Shown here piece by piece: positions 1-8,730 of a DNA stretch of 64,000 nucleotides (position 1 is its first letter; each line of letters begins with the position of its first letter). Position numbers and translations under genes: made by a program. Under the pieces are notes generated by a model. It was not told where the DNA came from, did not search any database, and saw nothing but the letters and a program-made list of their open reading frames with translations. The DNA lies in the IMG/VR virus record IMGVR_UViG_3300037153_000398, one strand, 5' to 3'. This stretch comes from an uncultured virus (IMG/VR IMGVR_UViG_3300037153_000398). Its lineage: Duplodnaviria; Heunggongvirae; Uroviricota; Caudoviricetes.

Positions 1-55
1 GCCGCCGCGCTCGATGCTTGGGGGGGTCCAAATTTTTGGAACCGCCCCCCCGGCC
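1..55 (-). other. probable cos (cohesive end) region / genome terminus
   Basis: Minus strand reads GGGGGGGCGGTTCCAAAAATTTGGACCCCCCCC...GCGCGGCGGC-end about 220 bp downstream of an HNH gene, the layout typical of HK97-like cos phages; the window begins exactly here. Confidence 0.5.
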
Positions 56-273
56 CTTCCTTCGGCGTAAGAGCCTGCGAAGCGCAACGCGATCATTGGG
101 ACCAAAAGGCTACGTCTCCCCCTGGTCCGCACGGTCCGCGCACCGCTGCGGTCGCTCCCGTTCAACAGGCTAAGGATCGTGGATTGCCTTGGCGCTACAG
201 GATCGCGCGCGCTGATACTTCGTGCATCACGATCACGGCGGCTGATGTGGCCAGTGCAAGCCGAGCGCGTGTG

Positions 274-654
274 CTATCGCGCGTCGTCGCTCTTGGCATG
301 ATCGACAGTCGCGCAGTTGTCGCCATGCTCTGCGCCATAGGCCGGGTGACGTTGGTCCACCGGCAGTCCGTCCGCGCCGATCATCGGATCGTAACCGCGC
401 AGCTCCACCGTCCTTTTGAGGCTGTTGTGGCAGGTGGCGCATAGGGATTGCAGCTTGCCAAGACGAAACGAATTCCAGTCGCCGTGATGCGGCTCGACAT
501 GGTCGGCGACGGTGGCTGGCGTGACCTTGCCGCGCTTGCGGCACTCGCGACACAGCGGCTCATGTAGGAGCTGCAAGTCGCGGCGGCGCTTCCACACCGC
601 GAGGCCGTACCACTTGCGCCATTCGTCGGAAGGCGGGCGACCGGAAACTGGCAT
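274..654 (-). CDS. HNH endonuclease, terminase/cos-associated (HK97 gp74-like)
   Basis: PLCRECRK...ATVADHVEPHHGD...LQSLCATCHN motif; C-terminal GADGLPVD. Confidence 0.9.
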   Translation of the reverse strand: MPVSGRPPSDEWRKWYGLAVWKRRRDLQLLHEPLCRECRKRGKVTPATVADHVEPHHGDWNSFRLGKLQSLCATCHNSLKRTVELRGYDPMIGADGLPVDQRHPAYGAEHGDNCATVDHAKSDDAR

Positions 655-657
655 GTT

Positions 658-818
658 GCCAAACCTGCCGCAGCTCCGGTCGCCCTGTATTTTCCTAGCT
701 GTCCGATGCCGGGGACGCAGCGTGGCGGATCAGCAGGAAAACGCGCGCTGCCGTTGGCGAGACTCGATTTTTTCGAGCATCGCGGGAGCAAACACTTGAA
801 TTGTCTGGCAGGTTTGGC
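658..818 (-). ncRNA. structured leader RNA between NusG-like gene and late genes (candidate)
   Basis: 12-bp perfect IR GCCAAACCTGCC (658-669)/GGCAGGTTTGGC (807-818) enclosing stems 690-705/726-741 and 763-767/773-777. Confidence 0.45.
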
Positions 819-825
819 GTCGGCG

Positions 826-1356
826 CTAATAGCGCAGTTGATCGGCGTGTGCAAGAGCGAGTGGCGCAACGCGGTCGCCTTCCTCAAGCTCGACGCGCGA
901 GCGGCGGCCCAGGAAGTCGAGCAAAACCATCTGCCGTTCGTGGGCATTCATGCCTTCGTAGATCGCCGGCAGGCCGCGAAACGTGCCGGTCAGGATTTTG
1001 ACCGGCGCGCCGATGTCAGGCGCTTTGCCGGTGGGCGGCGGCGGCTTCGGCAACTTCATGATGCCGGTGCGGGCCATTGCGGCGGTCATCTTGTCGATTT
1101 CGTCGTCGGGCATGACGGCCGGCCGTTCGCCGGTCAGCAGCACGCGCAGCACGCCAACGGTCCATTTCACCGAGTACCATTCGTCTTCGAGGCAGGTGAA
1201 CAGGTAGCCGGGAAAGACGGCACCGATCTTCGGCTTGCCCTTGACGCGGAAGCGCGCTCGCGGAACCAGCGTCTTGTAGCCGATCCGCTTTTCGATGCGC
1301 TCGGCGACGGCGCTTTCGTGGGTGGCGACGCATTGCACGACAGCCCAAAAACTCAT
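826..1356 (-). CDS. NusG/RfaH-family transcription antitermination factor (NGN + KOW)
   Basis: N-terminal WAVV...FPGYLF...GVLRVL NGN motif and GAPVKILTGTFRG KOW motif. Confidence 0.9.
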   Translation of the reverse strand: MSFWAVVQCVATHESAVAERIEKRIGYKTLVPRARFRVKGKPKIGAVFPGYLFTCLEDEWYSVKWTVGVLRVLLTGERPAVMPDDEIDKMTAAMARTGIMKLPKPPPPTGKAPDIGAPVKILTGTFRGLPAIYEGMNAHERQMVLLDFLGRRSRVELEEGDRVAPLALAHADQLRY

Positions 1357-1370
1357 AGTCCCTTCGTCTC

Positions 1371-1617
1371 GCCGTATCAGCGCATCCTCTTTCTAGAAAG
1401 AGAGTCGATCCGATACGACCCTAACCCCACCACTCCCAAGGGTCTGTGGTTAGGGGCGCGTATCAACTCTTTTCTAGAGGCCGCGATACGGACATTTGCG
1501 TTTGTTTTCCATCGGTTACGACTGAATTTCAGATCCAGCGATCTATTGCGTATCAGAGGCCGCCGATACAGGGTGTCTGGAACTCAGAATTTCCGTTTTT
1601 TGGCTCTCTGCCGTATC
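1371..1617. repeat. iteron-like array, probable replication origin
   Basis: Alternating CGTATC/GATAC(G) at 1373, 1412, 1459, 1485, 1549, 1565, 1612; palindrome CTCTTTCTAGAAAGAG 1387-1402; relatively AT-rich; directly downstream of the primase-helicase. Confidence 0.55.
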
Positions 1618-1648
1618 GGCGCATTTTCGGATTCGGCGCTCGTTGATT

Positions 1649-3685
1649 TCACAGCATTTTTTCTTGGACGGGCTCGGGCGGTTCGTCGCGATATTTGCGG
1701 TCGAGCTGCGCCGCCTGTTCCTTGCCTTTGTCGGTCAACGTCCACTTGTCGCGATCCTTGTGGATGAGCTTCGGGCTCGCGCGCGATAGCCGGTCGATGG
1801 CGCGCTGTACGCGGGCCTTGAGCACTTCGCCGGCTCCATTGGTCCAGCCGAGCGAGCGGCCGATGTCGGCCATCGATTGATCCGTGCCGAAGAGCAAACG
1901 CAAGAGCACGCGGTTTTCGTCGTCGGTGTGCCGCTCGTTCTGGCGCTTGTCCTCGGCGTCGGTGACGACGACGGCGCGCACGGTCGGGATGATGCGGCCC
2001 TTGGTGTCGACCAGATGCGGCGTCAGCACGGTTTCGAGCTTGAACGTCATTTGCTCGAAGCCGGGTCCGCGCATCTTGGTGTAGTGCAGGTCGATCATTT
2101 CGTCGCGCTTCCAGGCCGTCAGGTTGCCGTCGACTTCAGCGAGGAACGCGCCACCACCGCGCGGCAAGAGCTGGCCGGGCTCTTGGGCGTGCTTGATCGG
2201 ATGGCAGAGAACGAGCACGCACGGATTGCCGGGCAGCTCGGTCAGCTTGCGCAGCACGCGGGCGTGGTTGCCCATCGCGGTATTCGATTGCTCATCGTCG
2301 CCGAGAAAGTACGCGGCCGATGTGTCGACCACGACGAAGTCGACGCCGCCAAGCTCGAATACGGCGCTGCGGATTTCGTCGAGCCGGCCGGCGATGTCGA
2401 TGCGCCCGCGAATCCAGTAGAGCTGATCACGACGCGGATCATCTTGGCGGAAGCTCGCCGCGCCGTGGCAGCGCATACAGATGTCGATGGGATTTTCGCC
2501 GACCAGATACAGGACGCGGCCTTTCTCGACCTTGTGCTTGCCGAACATGGCGTTGCGATCCGGCGACGCGATCAGCTCGGCGAGCACGAGCGCGATGGCG
2601 CTCTTGGCGTGGCCGGTCGCTCCCGTGAGCGCGTAGATGTAGCCGCGCTGCAGGATGCCTTCGACCAGATAGTCGAGCGCGTGAAACGTGTCGAGAAATT
2701 CGGCGTGCGCCATGACGCCAAGGCCGCTGCGGCGCGCGCTTGCCGGCGTCCACTCGGGCAGCCGCGCGACGATGTCGTTCAACGCCTCGATGGTGCCGCC
2801 AGCGTCGATCCAGTCGGTGATGTCGCCCTTGTCGGGGCAATCGGACCAGACTTTTTTCAGGTCGAGCACGCGCACCGATGTCGCGACCGGCGCAAGGTGC
2901 TCGGCGACTTCCTGCGCGTGGTCCCATCCGGCATAACGCGGCCGGCCATCCGGGTGATACAGCAGCTCGCCGGTTCGTTTGTTCTTGGTCTGCGGATCGT
3001 TGTCGGCAATGATGACGACGTGCGCGTCGGTGAAAAAACCGTCGATGCTGCAGTTGGCCCACTTGCCGGCTCCGCGCGGATTGCAGGTCGACGGCGCGCC
3101 GAACCTGTTAACGATGTTGTCAACGTCCTTTTCGCCTTCGACGATGTAGACGATGCGGCCTTGCGCCACGGCCTCGATCAGCTCGGGCAGGCGATACGGC
3201 ACCATGCGCACGCCTTCGAGGCTCCAAATCCAGTCGCCCTTGCCGTCCGGCCGGCGCTGCCGAAAATCCTTCGGTTCGTGGCGCGTGACCTGAAATAAAA
3301 GCGCGCCGCCTTCGTCGACGTAGTTGTAGGTCTTGATGATGGTGCCGAGCTGCGCCGTCCGATGCGCGCCGGCCGCGCCGTTGCCGCCGCTGCGCGCACG
3401 GCTCAAAAGCCGCGTGCCGGTCAGCCGCTCGACCGCTTCGCCGAAGTCGACGCCATCGAACCATTCCACAAGCCCAATGACATCGCCGGCAACGCTGTCC
3501 GGCTTGCAGCCCCGGCAATTCCAGATGTTCTCTTTGACATTGATGGAAAAGCGGTCGTCACCGCCGCACTTCGGACACGGCCCGATGCGCTCTTGGCCGG
3601 ATCGGCGCAGCTTGACGCCGCGCCGGTCCAAGACGCCTTCGATGGGCACACTTCGGGCCTGCGTGATCAGGTCGTCGTTGTCCAT
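1649..3685 (-). CDS. primase-helicase (Zn finger + Toprim + RepA-like AAA_25 helicase)
   Basis: CPKCGG...WNCRGC zinc finger, VEGEKD and IADND Toprim motifs, GATGHAKS Walker A, VVVDT Walker B, LCHPIK, RGGGAF. Confidence 0.9.
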   Translation of the reverse strand: MDNDDLITQARSVPIEGVLDRRGVKLRRSGQERIGPCPKCGGDDRFSINVKENIWNCRGCKPDSVAGDVIGLVEWFDGVDFGEAVERLTGTRLLSRARSGGNGAAGAHRTAQLGTIIKTYNYVDEGGALLFQVTRHEPKDFRQRRPDGKGDWIWSLEGVRMVPYRLPELIEAVAQGRIVYIVEGEKDVDNIVNRFGAPSTCNPRGAGKWANCSIDGFFTDAHVVIIADNDPQTKNKRTGELLYHPDGRPRYAGWDHAQEVAEHLAPVATSVRVLDLKKVWSDCPDKGDITDWIDAGGTIEALNDIVARLPEWTPASARRSGLGVMAHAEFLDTFHALDYLVEGILQRGYIYALTGATGHAKSAIALVLAELIASPDRNAMFGKHKVEKGRVLYLVGENPIDICMRCHGAASFRQDDPRRDQLYWIRGRIDIAGRLDEIRSAVFELGGVDFVVVDTSAAYFLGDDEQSNTAMGNHARVLRKLTELPGNPCVLVLCHPIKHAQEPGQLLPRGGGAFLAEVDGNLTAWKRDEMIDLHYTKMRGPGFEQMTFKLETVLTPHLVDTKGRIIPTVRAVVVTDAEDKRQNERHTDDENRVLLRLLFGTDQSMADIGRSLGWTNGAGEVLKARVQRAIDRLSRASPKLIHKDRDKWTLTDKGKEQAAQLDRKYRDEPPEPVQEKML

Positions 3686-3702
3686 TGCGCGATAAGCTCA
3701 AG

Positions 3703-3951
3703 CTACTCTCGTTCGTGGCCGCCTTGGCCTTGGCTCGCTTTCCAGGCGAGAAAGGCGCGGTATTGGTCGCCGATGGCGTGGGTCCAGAACACGCGCGCCG
3801 CGTCATCGGGGTTGTAGTCCGGCCCAAAGCTGACTTCGCCGTCTTTCAGGTCGATGTGGACCAAGAGCTTGCCGCCGCGACCGTAAATGGCGAGCGCGTT
3901 GGTTTCGCTTTCATTGATCGCGAAAGTGTTTGCGCCGGTCGTGTCGCTCAT
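3703..3951 (-). CDS. hypothetical protein
   Basis: GAGG RBS, codon bias, position in operon. Confidence 0.65.
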   Translation of the reverse strand: MSDTTGANTFAINESETNALAIYGRGGKLLVHIDLKDGEVSFGPDYNPDDAARVFWTHAIGDQYRAFLAWKASQGQGGHERE

Positions 3952-3971
3952 GTTGTTTGTTTCCTCGCGCC

Positions 3972-4172
3972 TTAGAGAAAAACGCCATCTTCGAGCTGCG
4001 CGACGATGCGCTCGACTTCGTCGATCTTGCCTTCATCGATCAATTGCCGCGCGCTACGGCCGCCGAGCAGCGGTTGCGGGGCAACGAGCCACATGTCGAC
4101 GATAAACGGGTCGTAGAAGACGCGCAGCCGCTCGCGCAGCTCATGTTCTCGGATCGCTGTCTTGTCGCTCAT
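3972..4172 (-). CDS. orphan Xre/MbcA/ParS antitoxin C-terminal domain (DUF2384-like)
   Basis: MSDK...WLVAPQPLLGGRSARQLIDEGKIDEVERIVAQLEDGVFL matches the W-L-x-x-P-x-x-x-L-G-G-x-x-P/A...G-x-F pattern; ATGA-coupled to upstream gene. Confidence 0.75.
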   Translation of the reverse strand: MSDKTAIREHELRERLRVFYDPFIVDMWLVAPQPLLGGRSARQLIDEGKIDEVERIVAQLEDGVFL

Positions 4173-4438
4173 GGCCGCACTCTCGTTCTTCGGTTGGACT
4201 CGGCGTTCTGCAGCGCGCCGAGGCCCTTTTGCGTGAGCACCTGCACGCAAACGCGCTCGATGCAGCCGGTCGTTTCCGGCCCATCGCCGAAGTAGCGGCC
4301 AGTGCAGAGCTGGCGCAGGATGCGCGAGCTGATCGCCATGTTGCGCTTGCCGCGAAGCACGTTGCCGTTGCGCCGGTAGATGCACACGACATCGCCAGCG
4401 GCGACCGCCTTGAGCGCCCGCAATTCGGCCGGCGTCAT
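4169..4438 (-). CDS. hypothetical protein (winged-helix-like)
   Basis: ATGA overlaps at both ends; LTQKGLGAL wing-like motif. Confidence 0.6.
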   Translation of the reverse strand: MTPAELRALKAVAAGDVVCIYRRNGNVLRGKRNMAISSRILRQLCTGRYFGDGPETTGCIERVCVQVLTQKGLGALQNAESNRRTRVRP

Positions 4439-4662
4439 TGCAGCTTCCCGCTATCGTCGAGCACGGCTTCGATCAGCCCGTCGTGCAGGATGGTGCGCAG
4501 AAGCCGCGCCGCGAGCTGGTTCGCCGTCGTCTTGCGCCGCAGCGCCGCGCCCTTGAGCTTGGCCAGCTCGGCTTCGCCAAGCCGCGCCCGGATGCACGGA
4601 TCGCGAAACCGCTGCGGGCGCACATTGGCGTCGGGGATTTTTGTCTCGGTCATTGCTGTCAT
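4435..4662 (-). CDS. small ribbon-helix-helix-like protein
   Basis: RLGEAELAKLKGAALRR...LAARLLRTILHDGLIEAVLDD; resembles 19447-19689. Confidence 0.55.
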   Translation of the reverse strand: MTAMTETKIPDANVRPQRFRDPCIRARLGEAELAKLKGAALRRKTTANQLAARLLRTILHDGLIEAVLDDSGKLQ

Positions 4663-4691
4663 CGTTTTTCTTCGTCCCTTGTTGAAACCTT

Positions 4692-5054
4692 TCAGCGCCG
4701 GCTGATGCAGGTCATGCGTCCGCAGTGCTCGCATTTGGTCCGCGTCCGCTCGCGCAGCCGCTTCATCTCTTCGTGGTATCGATTGGCGGCTTCGTGATAG
4801 CGCCGGTCTTCGGTGGCGAGCCGGCACAGCACCCACATCGGATTGAGCTTTGCACCGCAGTCGCCGCATTCGACTTCGGCCAAGCCTTCGTCGACGATGT
4901 ACTGCGCGAAGAGATGCTGACAGACGCCGGGCTTCGGCACTTCCCACGGCCGAACGAGCGTCCGCTCGGGCACCGGACTTTTGAATCGCACCGGCAGCTT
5001 GGCGACGTTGTCGCCGCCCTTGTCATCGCCCGGCGTGGTCGACCGATCATCCAT
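4692..5054 (-). CDS. phage Zn-finger hypothetical protein
   Basis: CQH, CGDCG, CEHCG motifs. Confidence 0.7.
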   Translation of the reverse strand: MDDRSTTPGDDKGGDNVAKLPVRFKSPVPERTLVRPWEVPKPGVCQHLFAQYIVDEGLAEVECGDCGAKLNPMWVLCRLATEDRRYHEAANRYHEEMKRLRERTRTKCEHCGRMTCISRR

Positions 5055-5316
5055 TGACGGCGCGCCTCCGGATGTAATCGAGGATGTCGTCGAGCTGCGC
5101 GCGCGTGAGCGGCTGCACGCGCACGTCTTCGGCCCGCACGATCTTCAGCTCGGTCGCGATGCACTGGATGCACACGCGCTCGATGTTCGGGCCGCTCGGC
5201 GAAGACTGCGCGACCCAAATGCCCTTGCCGCACCACGCGCAATCCATGACGGCGGATTGCACGGGCGGGCAACCGTCCATGTCAGCAACGCGCCAGCAGA
5301 CAAGCGTGTCGGTCAT
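5047..5316 (-). CDS. Zn-ribbon hypothetical protein
   Basis: CAWCG and CIQC; coupled start. Confidence 0.6.
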   Translation of the reverse strand: MTDTLVCWRVADMDGCPPVQSAVMDCAWCGKGIWVAQSSPSGPNIERVCIQCIATELKIVRAEDVRVQPLTRAQLDDILDYIRRRAVNG

Positions 5317-5561
5317 GCGGGCCTCCGCATCGCGGCCATCAGCTCGGGCGACGGCTCGCGCGTGCCGTAATCGGTTTCCGCCCACCAACGCTGGCGCAGC
5401 TCAAGCGGCAGCGCGAACCATTGCGCGCGCGCAAAGCGCGACGGCGGCTGCGCTGGCGCTGTCTCGGGCGGCCGAACGAGCGCGCCGGCCATCGCGCGGA
5501 TCGCGCCATAGCTGGCGCGGATGATCGTCTCGCGGGTCGGCGCGCGGCTCTTCGTCGTCAT
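5313..5561 (-). CDS. hypothetical protein
   Basis: Coupled overlaps with neighbours. Confidence 0.6.
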   Translation of the reverse strand: MTTKSRAPTRETIIRASYGAIRAMAGALVRPPETAPAQPPSRFARAQWFALPLELRQRWWAETDYGTREPSPELMAAMRRPA

Positions 5562-5878
5562 GGCGTCGGCTTCTCCGTCAGCTTGTCGGCGACCGCGCCC
5601 GCAATGGTCGACGGTTCGCCATTGCCCTCGCGCGTGATGGCGTCGCGGATCGTCTCGATGGTGCAGCCGTGCTGCAAAGCGAGCGACATCAGGATCGCGG
5701 TGTCACGCGCCAGCGCGTCTTGCGCGCTGCCGATCTTGTTCGTCGAGATGAACAGCTCGCCGAGCCGGCCATCCGGATAGCGGCCGACCGTGATGTGATA
5801 CGCGCCGGCCGCGCCGCCGAAGCGCAGCTTGAACGTCTCGCCGAAGCGCCGGGCCGGCAGCGGTTCGCGCGCGCTCAT
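5558..5878 (-). CDS. stand-alone TSCPD domain (class II RNR NrdJ C-terminal-like)
   Basis: REPLPARR...YHITVGRYPDGRLGELFI...KIGS...AILMSLALQHG. Confidence 0.75.
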   Translation of the reverse strand: MSAREPLPARRFGETFKLRFGGAAGAYHITVGRYPDGRLGELFISTNKIGSAQDALARDTAILMSLALQHGCTIETIRDAITREGNGEPSTIAGAVADKLTEKPTP

Positions 5879-6096
5879 GGTGCGTGCTCCCGCTCGCAAA
5901 CTTTGATGCCGGATGGCCCGGCGTCGATCAGCACGCCGGGAAATTCGCCGGCCAGGTGGTCGACCAGGCCCTCTTGATCCGGCTTTTGATCATCCGGCGT
6001 CTCGATCACGACGCTCTCGCCGTGGTCGAGCGCGACGCGGACAACGGCCGTCAGCAGCAGCAGCCCCTTCTTGCCGGGGTAGTACACGATCCTCAT
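5875..6096 (-). CDS. hypothetical protein
   Basis: ATG coupled to upstream stop. Confidence 0.5.
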   Translation of the reverse strand: MRIVYYPGKKGLLLLTAVVRVALDHGESVVIETPDDQKPDQEGLVDHLAGEFPGVLIDAGPSGIKVCEREHAP

Positions 6097-6323
6097 GTGA
6101 TCCCCGCTGCGCGCTCGATGGCTTGCCGCTTGATGCGTCGCCACAGCCGGGCGGCACGCTCGCCGCCGACGCGATAGCGCCGCCAGCGCCGCGCGGCGCG
6201 GCCGTAGACGCGGCGGTATCTGTGATCGATCAGCGGCCAGTGCTTGCCGCAAATCCACTCGACGAATTCGGTGCGGCCGGTGGTGCGCCGGCAGAACGGG
6301 ATGCAGCATGGCAGGCGGCTCAT
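6093..6323 (-). CDS. hypothetical protein (CC..C...C..HW)
   Basis: CCIPFCRRT...WICGKHW phage motif. Confidence 0.65.
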   Translation of the reverse strand: MSRLPCCIPFCRRTTGRTEFVEWICGKHWPLIDHRYRRVYGRAARRWRRYRVGGERAARLWRRIKRQAIERAAGIT

Positions 6324-6516
6324 GATCGTGATTATCTTTCGTCCGAAAGTGCCGGCCCGGCAGCAGAGTCAAAACCGGGCCGGCTCGATTGAGGGGTATC
6401 GTTTCCGTCAAGTACGACCGCGCGGGTTTGGGGGTTGGCGCGGCCGGGAGTGTGCTTGCCTTTCAAGGACAAAAACGCCCGCCTGGAATCCGCTGGCAGG
6501 CAACGCGGTAGAACCG

Positions 6517-6783
6517 TCAATGCACTTCGTTGCCGGCGAAGACCTTGTCGCACTCGCGGTCGAGCGCATCGCATTGCACGCGGCCAAGCGTGAGCTGCGC
6601 GAACGGCGTGTTGTCTTCGTAGAACAGCACGACATGAGCGTGGCTGCGGTCATCGCAGCGCATGATCTTGAAGTGGTGCGCGGTCGGCAGGCTGGTCACG
6701 TCCAATTCGCTGACGTGCGGCACGTCGGCCAAGTGCAGCCGGTGAACGTTGTCGCCGTTGTCGTTATCGTGCTGTCGGCTCAT
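6517..6783 (-). CDS. hypothetical protein
   Basis: GAGG RBS, overlaps RuvC-like gene end. Confidence 0.55.
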   Translation of the reverse strand: MSRQHDNDNGDNVHRLHLADVPHVSELDVTSLPTAHHFKIMRCDDRSHAHVVLFYEDNTPFAQLTLGRVQCDALDRECDKVFAGNEVH

Positions 6784-7399
6784 TGAAGTTTCCTCTGATC
6801 AGTTTTTGGTTGAACAGCGGCGAGAGCTGCAGGCCCCACTGCGGATCGATTTCGGCGACCGCAAACGACCACAGCGCCAGCGCGTCGGCGGCGTTGTTGT
6901 CGTTGTTGGTGCTCGCCATCCAGCCGAGCTGCCGGCAGCGCGATACGACATGCGCCTTGGCGTCGTCGCGCTTGAGATTGCTGTAGCCGATGAAGTGATT
7001 GCGCACCTGCCCGACGCCGGCTTCGCGGATGTCGTAAACGCCGCGCAGGTGCGAAACCGCGCGCACGACGCCGTGCAGGCCGGCGAGCCGGTCGCGGGTG
7101 TCGCGGCTCGTGTAGCCGAGCTTGGCTTGCGGCGAGAGCATCGACTCGATGATCACGATTTCCGGGCGCGGCTGCGCCTCAAGCTCTTGCGCCGCCCAAG
7201 TGAGGCAATGGCCGAAGATCGCGTTGTCGCTCGCATCCTTCCTTCCGAACCGCACCGATCCGGACGCCGGCACGTCGCCGAGCCGGCCGCGCGCCCATCC
7301 GCAATTGGTCGCAAGATCGACCGCGAAAATGAGCGGACGCCGCGCCGTCTGTATCTCGCGCATCCGGCCGGCAATGTCGTCGGCGCTGGCGTCAGTCAT
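6764..7399 (-). CDS. RuvC-like Holliday junction resolvase
   Basis: IFAVDLATNCGWA, VIIES, K...DNNAADALAL acidic motifs. Confidence 0.8.
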   Translation of the reverse strand: MTDASADDIAGRMREIQTARRPLIFAVDLATNCGWARGRLGDVPASGSVRFGRKDASDNAIFGHCLTWAAQELEAQPRPEIVIIESMLSPQAKLGYTSRDTRDRLAGLHGVVRAVSHLRGVYDIREAGVGQVRNHFIGYSNLKRDDAKAHVVSRCRQLGWMASTNNDNNAADALALWSFAVAEIDPQWGLQLSPLFNQKLIRGNFNEPTAR

Positions 7400-7895
7400 C
7401 GTCGTGCCAATCAGGAATGCCCCCGTTCTCTTCCAAGTGCCGCACGGCGTCGCGCCACACCCAATCGGGATTGTCTTTCAGAAGCGGGCCGACGTAGCCG
7501 AACGCGCGATCAAAGCGCGCCAAGCCCGTGTTGGCTCTTTCAAGGTTTGCCACCTTGCGCTGGCGCGCGAGCATTGCGTGCCGATAATCAAGATCGCCGA
7601 GCGTCCGGTTGTAGGTCTGTTGACCGCGCCCGAACGTGATCTGAAAGTCCAAGTCGCGAAAGAAGTCGAGCTGTTCATGGACACTGACCAGCTCTTCGAA
7701 ACGATTGCCGACCATCGTGCCGATGCCGAACAGTTTCAGCTCACGAATGAAACTCGGGTCCAGCAACACTTCGATGTCGTCGAGGACCGCATTGTTGATC
7801 GCATCGCTGCCTCTCAGGTTTTTGACGTGATAAGCCTTGTTGGCAGAGCGGTCGATTTGACTCTTCAGGATATGAAGCGGGTTACGCGCACTCAT
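7392..7895 (-). CDS. hypothetical protein
   Basis: AAGGAG RBS, overlap with next gene. Confidence 0.65.
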   Translation of the reverse strand: MSARNPLHILKSQIDRSANKAYHVKNLRGSDAINNAVLDDIEVLLDPSFIRELKLFGIGTMVGNRFEELVSVHEQLDFFRDLDFQITFGRGQQTYNRTLGDLDYRHAMLARQRKVANLERANTGLARFDRAFGYVGPLLKDNPDWVWRDAVRHLEENGGIPDWHDDD

Positions 7896-7902
7896 GACAA
7901 AG

Positions 7903-8730
7903 CTACTCCTTCACAAGCGCACGCAGCCACGCATGGGCAATGCGTGCGTGCGCCATCAATTCTCCCGTGGTTTCGTCCAGCGTCCGATGGGTCGCGTCGG
8001 CGACGATTTGCTCATGCTGCAGCACTTGTTCGGCGCTGATGGTCAAAGCGGCAGCGAGGTCGCGCAAGGCATTCTCGATGCGGGATGCCTTCAGCCCGAA
8101 TTCATCCTGCCGTACCGGCGCGCCCTTGTTGCGCTTGTCGCGCTCTTCTTCGAGCGCCTTGATCTTGCGTTGCAATGGTGCGAGCGCATCGTCGATGGCG
8201 GCCTGCAATGCTTCCGGCGATAGCTGGTCGCCAAGATCAGCACGCAGCTTGGCGACTTCGCCTTCGTATCGCTGTTGCGCCGCCGTCAGCCTCTTCTCGT
8301 ACTTGTCGCCTTCGTCCTTGCGCGCTTCGGCGATCATGTCCTTGACCTGCTCGACTGTCAGCTTCTCGCCGTTCGCGGCGCGGTCTACTGCGGCGTCGAC
8401 GACTTCGCCGGGCGTTGACGGCGCGGCGAGCAAATAAAGGGCGCTGACAGGCACGTCCAAATCGGCAAAGTTTGCCGATTTCAGCGACAGCTCGTGCGCC
8501 TGCATGAAGTTTCGCGCCGCGCGCTCGCTCCATCCGAATTCGCGTTCAAGCCACGGCAGCCAGCCGCCGTGGCCGACGATATTTTTGCATTCGGTTAAAC
8601 GGCCGCCGATTTCGATGATGTCGCGCACGACGCGCTTGCCGAGCGCACGGATGACGGCGACGTGTTCGGCGAGCGCGATGTCGGCGTGCCGCGTCAGGTC
8701 TTCGGGCACAAGCACGCGCATTTCGTTCAT
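7903..8730 (-). CDS. DUF3102-domain protein with coiled coil
   Basis: IIEIGGRLTECK...HGGWLPWLEREFGWSERAARNFM...SALYLLAAPSTP. Confidence 0.8.
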   Translation of the reverse strand: MNEMRVLVPEDLTRHADIALAEHVAVIRALGKRVVRDIIEIGGRLTECKNIVGHGGWLPWLEREFGWSERAARNFMQAHELSLKSANFADLDVPVSALYLLAAPSTPGEVVDAAVDRAANGEKLTVEQVKDMIAEARKDEGDKYEKRLTAAQQRYEGEVAKLRADLGDQLSPEALQAAIDDALAPLQRKIKALEEERDKRNKGAPVRQDEFGLKASRIENALRDLAAALTISAEQVLQHEQIVADATHRTLDETTGELMAHARIAHAWLRALVKE

